Source: Mobula hypostoma (lineage: Eukaryota). Taken from it: a DNA stretch of 64,000 bases. The stretch is taken from contig NC_086097.1 in assembly GCF_963921235.1 (NCBI RefSeq), forward strand, positions 57,104,001-57,168,000, given 5' to 3'. Both the position numbers and the translations under genes were made by a program. This document shows positions 49,765 through 63,200 of this stretch, piece by piece (positions within the stretch are counted from its first letter, which is position 1; each line of letters starts with the position of its first letter). The notes below the pieces were generated by a model. It was not told where the DNA came from. It worked only from the letters and a program-made list of their open reading frames with translations, and ran no database searches.

Positions 49765-50675
49765 AAGAATCAAATCTCTAGTCAAGTTTATTGTCATTTA
49801 ACTATATACATGTACACCACCAAACGAGACAACATTTCTCTGGACCAAAGTGTAAAGCACAGTAGTACATATAATGCACAATAACTTAAAAATTAAATTT
49901 ACAAATGAATTGCTGGTAGATAAACATAGTAAAGTGCATACATTAAGTATTGTAGGGTACAGTACAAATTATCTGGTGACACTTCGAATGCAATGTTGCA
50001 GGAAGTTCGAAAGCCCAGTGGCCTGAGGGAAGAAGTTGTTTCTCATCCTGACTGTTCTTGTGTTTGTGCATCGGAGTCTCCGGCCTGATGGTAGAATGCC
50101 AAAGAGAATGCTGGATGAATGGGTGGGATCCTTAATAATGCTCAGTGCCCTCTGTACGCAGTGTTCCTGGTAAATATCCCTGTTGGGTGGTAGGGAGACC
50201 CCAATGATCCTCTTGGCCATATTTACAGTCCTTTGTAGGGACTAACGGTCTGATGCTCTGCTGCTGTCATACCAGATGGAGGTAGAACTTGTCAGGACAC
50301 TCTCAATGGTGCACCTGTAGAATTCATTTAAGATAGAGGGGAGGGAAGCCTCACTTGCCTTAATATCCTCAGGAAATGGAGGTGTTGCTGTGCCTTCTTA
50401 TTCAGAAAGGTGATATTGAAGGACCAGGTGAGGTCGTCCATGATGTGAACTCCCAGAAATTTAGTGCACTTGACTCTCTCTATGGAGGAGCCATGTATTT
50501 GCAGAGGTGGGGTGGTTCATCTGAACCTTCTGAAAGTGCACAATCATTTCCTTGGTCTTCTCCACATTCAGATTTTGGTTGTTTTTCTCATACCAGTCCT
50601 GCTTCCTCTCCACTTCCTCGGTGTACTCTGACTCATCGTCGTCGTTGATGAAGCCAAGCATCATTGCGTCATCCA
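49765..50675 (-). mobile_element. Rex1/Babar LINE 3' fragment
   Basis: DD..LGFINDDDESEY, LNVEKTKEMIV and LPSGRRLRC..T.T.RMRNNFFPQA motifs. Confidence 0.82.
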
Positions 50676-50935
50676 AATTACTTGTTTATAATTTTACCTG
50701 CATATAATGTTTTTACAAGACAGTAGTTGTGTTGTAGACTGAAGGAAACAAATCAGAGCATAGATTGCTGTTGTAAATTTCATTAGTTGTAATTACAATA
50801 TTTTGATTTTCTTTTTTGCAAACCTTTTGGTTGGCAGTACATGAATTATCAATGACATATGTTGAAGAATAAAATTTTTTTGCTATTTGCTGTGGTAGTT
50901 GCAAGAGGTATAAAGTGAATTTGTATACCTTTCAG

Positions 50936-51002
50936 GAAATGATATTTTGATCTCCCACTACACAGGAGGACAAAACGAAGCAATGAAAGCTATTGTTCAG
51001 CG
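50936..51002 (+). CDS. KIAA0586: TALPID3 coding exon 4: (G)NDILISHYTGGQNEAMKAIVQ(R)
   Basis: Matches the TALPID3 motif NDIFISQY..GQKDALR.VL; tttcag and CG|gtaagt sites; phase 1 to 2. Confidence 0.88.
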
Positions 51003-51289
51003 GTAAGTTACAAAGTGATCATTTTTAACAGCCCATCCAATTTTTTTAGGGTGAAAGGAGCAACATAGAATGTGGTAACACACATAAAAGTTGCTGGTGA
51101 ATGCAGCATATCTTTACTTAAATTCCTGTTCAATAATGTAATTTCTGTGAACAGTGTAAGAGTTGTTTCTTAAAATTTAATCGCTTTTAATATGCTATTT
51201 ATGTGCTACCTCAGTATACCAGCAGGCCTACTTTAAACTAGTGTCCTAATTGATTCAAAGTTCATCTCCATTGATGCAAAAACTTGCAT

Positions 51290-51574
51290 TAGGTAAGATT
51301 TTTGAGGATCTCAATGTTCCAAATAATTTTCGAACCACTTTAAAATTAATCCATGAAAAATGGTGCTGCTAATTTGTGTATAGCAAGCTCACTGAACAAC
51401 AATATCCAGATAATTTTATTTAGTTTTATTGATGATTTAAGGAATAAATATCACAGCCCTTACTTGGAGTAGTGCTGTGGATTCTGAAACATCTATGTAA
51501 TAGAGCAGTTAAAGGTCTTAGTTTAATATCTCCTCTGAAAGATGATGTCTCTGACAATGGAAGTGTTCTACAAA
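51290..51574 (-). mobile_element. Degenerate DeuSINE-like SINE
   Basis: Minus-strand CTTTCAGAGGAGATATTAAACTAAGACC resembles the Deu-domain core as I recall it; heavily diverged. Confidence 0.4.
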
Positions 51575-51579
51575 GCAGT

Positions 51580-52288
51580 TGTTAGGGAGTATTCTTGAGT
51601 TGAGTGAGTATCGGCAGCAATTAATTTAAACAAGAACCACAGCTTCATTTCTTAATGTGGATTGTAAATTGCAAGCAGTAAATTGAAGTTAAAAGTATGC
51701 CTTTGCTCTGTCGGTGGAGCACAGGTTGCCCACAGGCTAAGACAGATGGTTTGCAAAATGGTGACCATGAGATGTTTGCATATGCATCAGCCAAACATTA
51801 AGACAATGGGAGGTTATTATAATTGACCGTGCATCAAGCCAGGCAACATGGGCTAAGTTATTTGTACCATTGTGACTTGTTCAAGCTGGCAAACCAGGCT
51901 GATGATGTCACTTAGCATATCAAACAATCAATAGCTGTTGGAACAATCAATAGTTCCAATCAATAGCTGATGTATTGTGTACTCTGGTATCTGGCTGTCT
52001 GTCTTCATCTGTTTTTAGAATATCTTTGTTCTAGCATGGGTGTTTGAACATTAGAGGTTGATATGTAATTCAAAGGAAGCATTGTTAACCCAAAATATTG
52101 AAGTAAACGATGTTATTGTAATTATTGAAATTACATTGTATCAGTTACTTGTTCTGTTTGATCTTAAAGGTATTAAATGTAATGTACTATGAGTTTGTGA
52201 GACTCTAGCATGAGTGTCTTCACAAGAATGCCTGGTGATTAAAGATTCCTTCAGTGCCTCTCCAGTGATTTTGATCACAGTAACAACA
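51580..52288 (+). mobile_element. Solo LTR, 709 bp
   Basis: TGTT...AACA termini; 5-bp TSD GCAGT (51575-51579 and 52289-52293); ATTAAA at 52238-52243; triplicated CAATCAATAG motif at about 51925-51965. Confidence 0.85.
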
Positions 52289-53369
52289 GCAGTCACCTTA
52301 TCTGTGCTTGTACTTCCCAGTGTGCAGAAGACAATATTATGAGTAGTGGATATAGTGTACTAACTGAAAGGAGTGCAAGTAAATTTTACTTCTCTTGCAT
52401 TGATAGTTTGGGATCACGGGTACTAAGAGGGGAGGAGCTAAAATGACCAGTCATGTATTTTCTGTGATGGATTGGAAGAGTGATTCTGATAGTACTAAAA
52501 GGCATTATCAATGTAGAATGTTGGAAAAATAAGAGAGGGGTGGTTATGCCAGGTAGGCTTGGAGATATTGGATTTAATTTGACAGGCATGAATCTTTTCT
52601 CAGTAAAATTAATATTTAAAAATTAAAACACATTGCAGAATTTCTGTTTTGCTCACATAATTTCTTTTAATTCTCTTTATATCTAAAGCATTTTTTGGAT
52701 TCTTTGTAATAAATTTAAATATTATTTATGCTTCTTGATTGATAAACTGTGTCCTTGCAATGAATTTTGCATTCATTTGGTTAAGAAGCTGATAGTCTTA
52801 TTTCGGTGATCTCTTAGAGGAGTTTAACAGCATTGGTTCTAATGGATATTTCCTGCAACTGAGAAGTCCAGTGTTGGGGCATTGTGGAAAAGCTAAGTGT
52901 GTAATAATGCAGCTTCTTAGAGCAATATCCTTTCATTCAGCGTTTTAACCTGAAGAGGTGTCTTACCATCTATTAATTAATAAAGCAATGCTTAGGGAAA
53001 GGCAAAAGCATTTGTACAGTTGGTCTATGTTAATGTCAAGCTGACAATTTATTACACAAAGTGAAATATATTATGTGTAATCAATGCAGTGGCACAAATT
53101 AGTTATAGTTGTTGCCTAAGTTATACTTTTAACTTAACTAGAATAGGAACAGGAATGAGCAAATTGGCCTTCAAGATTCCACTGCCATTCAGGTACAATC
53201 ATTACAGCTCTGATACTAAATTAAAAAATACTTTCTTAAAAAATTCGGTGATCCAGTTATGAAATCATCTCATGAAGTAAACCTTGAAATTTAAATTTTG
53301 AGTAAACTATATCAAAATTTTAAACTGTAGTTTTATTCATGATTTTAGTTTGTAGGGTGGTATGCAATA

Positions 53370-53620
53370 TATGGATGCATGGTAACATGGAGTTTTGAGT
53401 AACGCTTTACAGCATTAGTGATTCTGGTTCGATTCCCCTGTTGTCTGTAAGGAGTTTGTACTTCTCCCCATGACCGTGTGAGTTTCCTCCGGATGCTCCA
53501 GTTTCTTCCCATATTCCAAAGATGCATGGGTTAGGTTAATTGGTTACATGAGTATACTTGAATGGCACAGGCTCATTGGACCAGAAGGGCCTATTACTAT
53601 GCTGTAAGTCTAAATAAAGT
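53370..53620 (+). mobile_element. tRNA-derived V-SINE (HE1-like)
   Basis: B-box GGTTCGATTCC near 53426; V-domain GGAGTTTGTACTTCTCCCC..GTTTCCTCCGGATGCTCCAGTTTC; CR1-type 3' tail. Confidence 0.75.
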
Positions 53621-54189
53621 TGTCATGTTTCCTCAGTTGAAATGGTAATGAAAAACAAAAGATTTTTGGAAGCGTTGGAAATTATGTTAAAAAATTTCAG
53701 TTTTGGAAAATTATAGGTCTGTAATAAAGTATGCCATTATTTTGGTAGAATAACTGATTAAAATCAATTAATTGGAAAATTTAAATTTTCTTAAAAGTAA
53801 TTCAATTCACAGATTTCACTCAATCCTAGAAATCTGGGCATTTTGACCTTCAGTTGCTAAAACATATAATCTTTACTTGATAACTGCAACTTGTGAAACA
53901 TATTAATAAACTGCCAATTAGTGATTTGTATTGTCATATTAATTTACCTTTAAAACTTGTAGAAGAAAATTTTGAAGCATGCCTAGTCTACAATGGATGC
54001 TACAAGTTAAAACAATTCTTTAAACAAAACTTCTGCAATAGATACTTTTTCCTTAATAAGACCTTTTTCAGCTGATCTTAAATTATTTACTTCAGTGTTG
54101 AAATCCCGCAAGTGGAATTTGTGCATTATTGATCTTAATTCCAAATCTATGCTAATTATCTCAGATCTAACTGTTAATCCTCCTGCTTG

Positions 54190-54530
54190 TCCATTAGATA
54201 TAGGAGCAGAATTTGACTATTTGGCTCTGCCATTCAACTATGCCTGATTTTTTTCCAATCCTATTCTTCTGCCTTCACCTCATAATCCTTAAACCCCTTA
54301 CCAATTAAGAATCAGAAATGCACCCAATGACTTGGCCTCTGCAGCATTCTGCAGAAACAAATTCCACAATGTCACCACCCTGTATCTGAAACAATTCCTC
54401 ATCTTAGTTTTAAAAGGATATGTCTTTATTCTTGGGCTGTGCTCTCACATCCTAGGCTCTCCTACTAATGGAAGCACCCTCTCTGCACCCACTCAGGCCT
54501 TTCATATTTGATTGGTTTCAGTGAGATCTC
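54190..54530 (-). mobile_element. CR1 3' end fragment
   Basis: Reverse complement of the CR1 3' UTR, similar to 22290-22690. Confidence 0.7.
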
Positions 54531-54851
54531 TCCTTGATATTATTGGTAACCATGCTGTACAGACTGCAACCATAAACTTCCATTTCTTTTGCATTTGCTT
54601 GTTCGAAAAGACAGTGGTATCCCTTTTGGTAAGTTATGCATGTTGCTGTTTTAAAGTAACCTCAGCTAGCTTTGTATTAATATACAGTATACCTATGTAA
54701 ATATAATGCTTAAAAACACCGCAGAAGCATTTCCATCACTTATCTCTCTTTCACTCACCATAAAATAGACATTATAAATAGATATAACATTAGATTTAAA
54801 AAGTAACAAGTTATATGTCAAGGTTGTTTCTGTTTTCCCTCATTTACACAG

Positions 54852-55029
54852 AAAACGGCAGAGTAACCCCAAAGGAAAAAACATTAAAGTACAGCTTCTG
54901 CAGAAGCCTTCTTTTGAAGACACAAAGTCATTTATACAGGGTGCTAGAGAGATCAACTGTAACTCCAATTCCATTACGACAGCAGCTGCCACTGCCGCAG
55001 CCATTGCTGCAACTGCCCCTCTGATTAAG
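54852..55029 (+). CDS. KIAA0586: TALPID3 coding exon 5: KRQSNPKGKNIKVQLLQ...SITTAAATAAAIAATAPLIK
   Basis: Diagnostic TALPID3 motif AAATAAAIA..APLIK; acacag and AAG|gttggt sites; phase 2 to 0. Confidence 0.93.
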
Positions 55030-55063
55030 GTTGGTGAATCTTTAGATGATACATTTATAATGG

Positions 55064-55190
55064 TAAATAAGAGAAAATCTGCAAATGCTGGAAATCCAAG
55101 CAACACACACAAAATGCTGGAGGAACTCAGCAGGCCATGCAGCATCAATAGCAAAGAGTACAGTCGATGTTTTGGGCCGAGACCCCAGGG
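55064..55190 (-). mobile_element. Short Penelope-derived insertion 35 nt downstream of the KIAA0586 exon 5 donor
   Basis: 8-bp TSD TATAATGG (55056-55063 and 55191-55198); hammerhead core partly deleted. Confidence 0.8.
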
Positions 55191-55394
55191 TATAATGGCA
55201 ACTTAGTACCTTATTACTTTAGCAATGGTTAATTCCATTGTTCAGCCAATATGAGCTTTAGAATGTTTTTGCAAAAGTCATTGTAAGGTTTTTAATACTG
55301 CTATTTTCATAGAAATAAAGAAACAAATTGGCCACTGTTATTAATCATAACCCAGGAGCAGGTTGATTTGCGTATAGAATCATAGTTGAGTTCT

Positions 55395-55860
55395 CAAGAG
55401 GCTGCAAATGCTGGAAATCTGGAGTAACACACAAAAATGCTGAAGGAACTCAGCGTGACAGGCAGTATCTGTGGAGGGAAATGGACAGATGACGCTTCAG
55501 GTCAGGCCAATAGATTGGTCTGGGGAGAAGGAGGGGAGGTAGCTAGTATAACAAGATGGAGGAAAGGGGTGGCGCAAGAGCTGGGCGGGTGATAAGTGAG
55601 AAAGATGATCGACAGATTAAACATAGAAACATAGTAAACCTACAGCACAATACAGGCCCTTCGGCTCACTAAGTTGTGCTGAACATGTCCTTACTTTAGA
55701 AATTACCCATTAGATGAGGAATGGTGGAGACTGGGAATGATGGAGGAATGGGCGAGACAAGGAATGATGTAAGAAGCTGGGAGGTGATAGGTGGATGTAA
55801 TAAATGGCTGAAGAAGGTGGATGCTGGTAGGAAAGGACAGTGGCTAGTTGAGTTCTTACT
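55395..55860 (-). mobile_element. Older Penelope 3' fragment containing a short CR1 tail (about 55620-55710)
   Basis: gctgcaaatgctggaaatctggagtaacacacaaaaatgctg head and purine-rich body; the embedded piece aaacatagaaacatag...tacaggcccttcggc is a CR1 3' tail. Confidence 0.6.
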
Positions 55861-56959
55861 GTAATTTTCATATTTCATATTCAAACTGAATCATTAAATA
55901 TACAATATGATGAAAGTTGGTTGACAACATTTCTGATAAAATTCTTGTCTTGCTAGACATTGACTTCTTTTGCTAAATGCTTTATCCTTATTAAGGTTTA
56001 ATTGCATAATGACTCTAGTGAATAATTCTGCTGAGATTAAATGGTAGAACTTGATCCTTATCAATAATTCCCAAAATACTGAGTTTTTGTATTTTCACTT
56101 GCTCAAGCTGCTCTTAACTTTAGCGGATGATTATAGAATGGCATTGACAGGTGTTATCTTTCCAACATATGGGGAGCAGTAAAATCTGTCTAAAGAATGG
56201 AGTGAACAAATACAAAATAACTTGGCAGAGAAATTCTAAGCTTTGGGCAGTTTAGTCACCTTAAGCAATTAGAACACTTTTGGGTTTGAAGAATTGTTTT
56301 CTTTGGTAAATTTCAAATCTTTGAGTAATTGAGTTGAAAAGAAACAGAAGTCAGTGGTGGATTTTTATAAAGTGATGTTATGAACATACACTATAGTTTT
56401 GATAGGAATAGAGAAAAGCAATGGTTTACAATACTAATTACCAAGGAAGGTAAGTAAGCAAATTCAATATCAGTAACTTTGTGGTAACAGCAAGTAACTG
56501 GTCTTGATGTTATGTACCTGGAATTGGCACGAAGTGTATAAGTGAGAAAGATGTAACTTTAAGTTCACAGGGAATTCTAAGCAAGCTTGACTTGTTGAGG
56601 AAACATTTAAAAAAAAAGAAAAGCAAAATGTATAAAAAGAACTCCAAGTACAAAAAAATGGAGAGTCCCTTATCCTAATTTGTGAAGGGGTCAGAAAGGT
56701 GTGACTTGTCAGAAAAGATTTTTTTAAAATTTGAGAATGGATTATTAGGTGTATGTTCAGGTTTAGATGAAATGTGACATATGGATAAACAATGGATGAT
56801 GTCTTTTGAGGAGAGAAATTTTATTTCCTTTAAGATAGCTTACTTATTAGTTGATATGATTGCAGCTGGGTTAGAGGAAGCATGATTATTCATGCAAATA
56901 AAACTCACACTGCCTTTTAAAATTAGACTATCCTTAAATATAACAGTAATCTATTATTC

Positions 56960-57640
56960 TCCTTCTACACTTGCAAACGAAATTTGAACTAGTGTTTGTC
57001 TAAATGTCTTTCAACTGTTGTAATTGTACCCACTTCAATGACATTCTTTTGCAGCTCATTCCACTTACCTCCACAATCTCTGGAAAATTTGTCCTTCAAC
57101 ACCTTTTTAGCTCTTTCCCCTCTCACCTGAAACTTATGCTCTCTAGTGTTTGACTTCCCTGCCCTTGGAAAAAGACTGACCATCCTGATTTTGTAAACCT
57201 CTCATTCCAAGGAAAACTGTCGCAGCCTATCCTGTCTCTCTTTTTATCTTAAACCCTAAATTCCCAGCATCATCCTTACATTTTCTACCTTCTCTAGTTT
57301 AATAGCATTCTTCCTGTATGGCTGTTAGACCTGCTCACAGTACTCCAAATGCAATCTTATAAACACTTTGTATGTCCGTAACATGATGTCCCAAGTCTTG
57401 TACTTACTGTCCTGATAATTGAAGGCATGAAAGCCATGCACATTCTTCACCGCCCTGTCTAATTGTATTGCCACTTTCAGAGGACTATGTACTTGTACCC
57501 AGGTCTCTCTTCTCTGCAACACCCACCAGGGCCCTGTCGTTCACTATGTCTGCCAAGCTTTAGTTTAACATCCCAAATTACGTCATTTAAGGGGATGCAG
57601 CACACCACTGATCACGACCTCCAATCTGAAAATAATGTGT
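56960..57640 (-). mobile_element. Degenerate CR1 RT 3' fragment
   Basis: YKVFIRLHLEYCEQ and SNTREHKFQV remnants. Confidence 0.7.
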
Positions 57641-59167
57641 CATCTTAAGTTTTTGAAAATCCCAACAATTCAGCATCTGACTCATCAGTAATGATGCCTG
57701 TGGAAAATTTATGATATTACTGTGTAACGTCTAACAAAGTGTGTAGGGATAATAGTTGAGTAGTGGGAGAAATCTGTTAAGTCTGTCCCACTCAAGTCTC
57801 GAGAGTGCTAGCTTATTGGAATTTCACTTTATATATTCAGAACTCTCCTACGGCTCACTGCTCCAATGAACTGTTGAGACACAAGTCCAATTAATTGGCT
57901 GTTGCACTTTCTTGAGAGCAGTTTGTATATCAGTGGTCCAGTTGTCAATATTTCTACTGGTGAATGACCAGTTTACCCTTGCTGACATAGTGTCTTATTG
58001 TATAACTGTATGCTGACTGAAGTTCTTGTCCTGAATTTAGTTATTCTGTATATGGTGAAGGGCATTTTTAAGGTAAAATATTTCCCTTATCTGATCAACT
58101 ATTTTAGATGTGTAGTGCAGAGTACATTGACTAGCTGCATAACAGCTTGGTATGGAAACAGCCTTGAATGAAAAATTGTACAAGAAGTAATGGATATAGT
58201 CCAGTCCATTGTGGGAAATGCCCTTCCAACCACTGAGCACATCTTTTTGAAATGCTGTCACAGGAAAGTAGCATCCATCATCAGAGACACACTTTCTTCT
58301 CACTGCTGCCATCAGGAAGAAGGTGCAAGAGCCTCAAGACTCACACCACCAGGTTAAGGAACCGTTACTTGTATCACCTGAATTTAACTATTAAAATGTA
58401 AAAAAAATTATAGCACATTTTCAAATGAATAAGTAAGTTTTTAAACTTCCCAGCACCTGCTTTCTTATGTGAAAGGAGCCATACACAATCCATACCTACT
58501 GTATGTCATGTATAAACAAACAACTGCTACTATCAATATTCCCAAAAGCTCTCGAGGATAAAATTCATCCGTAAGATGTCTCTATTTTAGGAAGTTATTG
58601 TGCAGGCAAGCTCTTTGGATAAATAAGTACTCCAGATGGCTAGACTTGTTGACTCCTTGCTGTCACACATCTGTTCTGTTTCTCAGAGACCAATGTCTCC
58701 ATTCAGAGCCTTCTATAAGTTTGCTGCTCCCAAAACATGACAAGGAGCTGTAATACTTGGATTTATTTTATACTGCACTGTACTGGCAAAGACTCCAACC
58801 TTGTTAAAGTAGATTCTTCTTCCTCCTCTCTGATTAAAAATAATGCAAATTAATTCTGGGGTTTGCTTGAAATCTCATATTGATCATTCATTTACTATGC
58901 TGATTGCAGAACCGGAGACTTGGACTCAATAGCATCACCTTAGTGGAGTTAGGAATGTTTCAAAATGCAGACTTTCACCATAAATCCCAATCCTAAAAAT
59001 AAAGTACAAACCTCAAACATAACCAAATACCATGGAAATTATTTGACTGATGTCATGAGTCCATCATTTGATATAGTATTGAATATCATGGTTTGTTTGA
59101 TCTGCACAATTAAATTTTTGAGAATTGTGTTAGGTCTTTGTAGTTAATTGAAATGTATTAAATATAG

Positions 59168-59404
59168 GCTCAGAGTGACCTTGGAGCTAAGATTGCTACT
59201 GTGAATGAGTTGGTGACTAAACTCCAGGAAATGGATCAACAAGTAAAACAGATTGCTGAAGAGCAAGCAAAGGCTTCAACTCAGGATCCAAAGTCCAAGA
59301 AGCATACAGAAAGAATCAGGGAATTGGAGGCGCAGTTAAGCATGCTTTTAAATCAACGACTGAGCCATCTGGAAAAAATTCAAGAACATCAGCTAGAACT
59401 TCAG
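59168..59404 (+). CDS. KIAA0586: TALPID3 coding exon 6 (coiled coil): AQSDLGAKIATVNELVTKLQEMD...QRLSHLEKIQEHQLELQ
   Basis: Matches TALPID3 QSDLEAKV..V.ELL.KLQE.D and HLEKLQQQQ motifs; atatag and CAG|gtattt sites; 237 nt. The gene continues beyond the window. Confidence 0.93.
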
Positions 59405-60282
59405 GTATTTTTTAAATTCATTTTCCATGGTTTGGGCATTGATGGCAAGGAGAGTATTTATTACCTATCTCTGATTAATCTTGGGAAGGTGATGGTGAGC
59501 TGCTACTTTAAAACTAGTTTGGTGAATGTAAGATCTAGGATTTGAACCCTGTAACACTGAAGGACAAGTCATATATTTCAAAATAAGAAAAATGTTTGAC
59601 TTGAATGGAAACTGCAGGTAGGTATTCCAATCTGGTTATTGTCCTGATTTGAGAGGTAAGGGTTGCTGTAACCTGGTGGTGTTCCTGTGGAGCATTTTGT
59701 ATCCTGTGCCACTAAGGATGTGAGTGATTTAGGGTGGTTAATGAGCTGCCACTTAAATGTATAATTTCTTTCTTGGGTGCTGTTGAGCTTCTTGAAATTG
59801 GAGCTGCTTTCATCCAGACAAGTGGAGAGTATGGCATCAGACTCGTGAGTTGCAGCATCTGTTGAGGCAAAGGATGTAAATTGACACTTTGACACTGTGT
59901 CAGGACTGAGTGGAAAGAGGAAAGATTGCCAGCACATAGCAGTAAGTGGAAGGGTGGATGGGATAGATACTGATAGGTGAGGATAGTTAGTTGATAGTTA
60001 GGTGGAATGGAGTGAGAAGACAGATGGGAGAGGGGAACAAAGGAACAAGAAAACTAGGTGGTTAGGTAACTTTGTGTGAAAAGAGAACACCAGGGTGTGT
60101 GGTACCCAAAATTGGAGAATACATTATTCATGCCATTAAGCCATTCAAATGGTGTATATGATGTTCTTCTAATTTATATTGGATTTTCCAATTTAAATTT
60201 TACTTTGTTGTACAGTGATTTGTTTCCAGTGAATTTAAAGGGATTGGAAAACTGAGACCCTGAGAGTTTGGAGGGAATGTAT

Positions 60283-63200
60283 ATAGAACATATAGAATAG
60301 TACAGCACAGTACAGGCCCTTTGGCCCACAATGTTGTGCCGACCCTCAAACCCTGCCTCCCATATAAGCCCCCACCTTAAATTCCTCCATATACCTGTCT
60401 AGCAGTCTCTTAAACTTCACTAGTGTATCTGCCTCCACCACTGACTCAAGCAGTGCATTCCACGCACCAACCACTCTCTGAGTAAAAAACCTTCCTCTAA
60501 TATCCCCCTTGAACTTCCCACCCCTTACCTTAAAGCCATGTCCTCTTCAACTGAGCAGTGGTGCCCTGGGGAAGAGGCGCTGGCTATCCACTCTATCTAT
60601 TCCTCTTATTATCTTGTACACCTCTATCATGTCTCCTCTCATCCTCCTTCTCTCCAAAGAGTAAAGCCCTAGCTCCCTTAATCTCTGATCATAATGCATA
60701 CTTTCTAAACCAGGCAGCATCCTGGTAAATCTCCTCTGTACCCTTTCCAATGCTTCCACAACCTTCCTATAGTGAGGTGACCAGAACTGGACACGGTACT
60801 CCAAGTGTGGCCTAACCAGAGTTTTATAGAGCTGCATCATTACATCGCGACTCTTAAACTCTATCCCTCGACTTATGAAAGCTAACACCCCATAAGCTTT
60901 CTTAAGTACCCTATCCACCTGTGAGGCAACTTTCAGGGATCTGTGGACATGTACCCTGAGATCCCTCTGCTCCTCCACACTACCAAATATCCTGCCATTT
61001 ACTTTGTACTCTGCCTTGGAGTTTGTCCTTCCAAAGTGTACCACCTCACACTTCTCCGGGTTGAACTCCATCTGCCACTTCTCAGCCCACTTCTTCATCC
61101 CATCAATGTCCCTCTGCAATCTTCGACAATCCTCAACACTATCTACAACACCACCAACCTTTGTGTCGTCTGCAAACTTGCCAACCCACCCTTCTACCCC
61201 CACATCTAGGTCGTTAATAAAAATCACGAAAAGTAGAGGTCTCAGATCAGATCCTTGTGGGACACCACTAGTCACAATCCTCCAATCTGAATGTACTCCC
61301 TCCACCACCACCCTCTGCCTTCTGCAGGCAAGCCAATTCTGAATCCACCTGGCCAAACTTCCTTGGATCCCATGCCTTCTAACTTTCTGAATAAGCCTAC
61401 CATGTGGAACCTTGTCAAATGCCTTACTAAAATCCATATAGATCATATCCACTGCACTACCCTCATCTATATGCCTGGTCACCTCCTCAAAGAACTCTAT
61501 CAGGCTTGTTAGACACGATCTGCCCTTCACAAAGCCATGCTGACTGTCCCTGATCAGACCATGATTCTCTAAATGCCTACAGATCCTATCTAAGAATCTT
61601 TTCCAACAGCTTTCCCACCACAGACGTAAGGCTCACTGGTCTATAATTACCTGGACTATCCCTACTACCTTTTTTGAACAAAGGAACAACACACGCCTCC
61701 CTCCAATCCTCCAGTACCATTCCCATGGACAACGAGGACATAAAGATCCTAGCCAGAGGCTCAGCAATCTCTTCTCTCACCTCGTGGAGCAGCCTGGGGA
61801 ATATTCCGTCAGGTCCCGGTGACTTATCTGTCCTAATGTATTTTAACAACTCCAACACCTCCTCTCCCTTAATATCAACATGCTCCAGAACATCAACCTC
61901 ACTCATATTGTCCTCACCGTCATCAAGTTCCCTCTCATTGGTGAATACCGAAGAGAAGTATTCATTGAGGACCTCGCTCACTTCCACAGCCTCCAGGCAC
62001 ATCTTCCCACCTTTATCTCTAATCAGTCCTACCTTCACTCCTGTCATCCTTTTTTTCTTCACATAACTGAAGAATGCCTTGGGGTTTTCCTTTACCCTAC
62101 TCGCCAAGGCCTTCTCATGCCCCCTTCTTGCTCTTCTCAGCCCCTTCTTAAGTTCCTTTCTTGCTTCCCTATATTCCTCAATAGACCCATCTGATCCTTG
62201 CTTCCTAAACCTCATGTATGCTGCCTTCTTCCACCTGACTAGATTTTCCACCTCACTTGTCACCCATGGTTCCTTCATCCTACCATTCTTTATCTTCCTC
62301 ACCGGGACAAATTTATCCCTTACATCCCGCAAGAGATCTCTAAACATCGACCACATCTCCATAGTACATTTCCCTGCAAAAACATCATCCCAATTCACAC
62401 CCGCAAGTTCTAGCCGTATAGCCTCATAACTTGCCCTTTCCCAATTAAAAATTTTCCTGTCCTCTTTGATTCTATACTTTTCCATGATAATTATAAAGGC
62501 CAGGGAGCGGTGGTCACTGTCCTGCAGATGCTCACCCACTGAGAGATCTGTGACCTGACCCGGTTTATTACCTAGTACTAGATCTGGTATGGCATTCCCC
62601 CTGGTCGGCCTGTCCACATACTGTGACAGGAATCCATCCTGGACACACTTAACAAATTCTGCCCCATCTAAACCCTTGGAACTAATCAGGTGCCAATCAA
62701 TATTAGGGAAGTTAAAGTCACCCATGATAACAACCCTGTTATTTTTGCACCTTTCCAAAATCTGCCTCCCAATCTGCTCCTCTGTATCTCTGCTGCTACC
62801 AGGGGACCTATAGAATACCCCCAGTAGAGTAACTGCTCCCTTCCTGTTCCTGACTTCCACCCATATTGACTCAAAAGAGGATCCTGCTACATTACCCACC
62901 CTTTCTGTAGCTGTAATAGTATCCCTGACCAGTAATGCCACCCTTCCTCCCCTTTTTCCGCCCTCTCTATCCCTTTTAAAGCACTGAAATCCAGGAATAT
63001 TGAGAATCCATTCCTGCCCTGGTGCTAGCCAAGTCTCTGTAATGGCCACTACGTCATAATTCCGTGTATGTATCCAAGCTCTCAGTGCATCACCTTTATT
63101 TCTGATGCTTCTTGCATTGAGGTACACACATTTCAGCCCTTCTACCTTACTGTCTTTACACCGTTTATTCTGCTTCTCTTTCCTCAAACCCTCTCTGTAT

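Noticed and set aside
59405..59545. Extension of the 59201-59545 ORF past the KIAA0586 exon 6 donor
   Set aside because: TALPID3 similarity stops at CAG|gtattt and the remainder is intronic repeat sequence.
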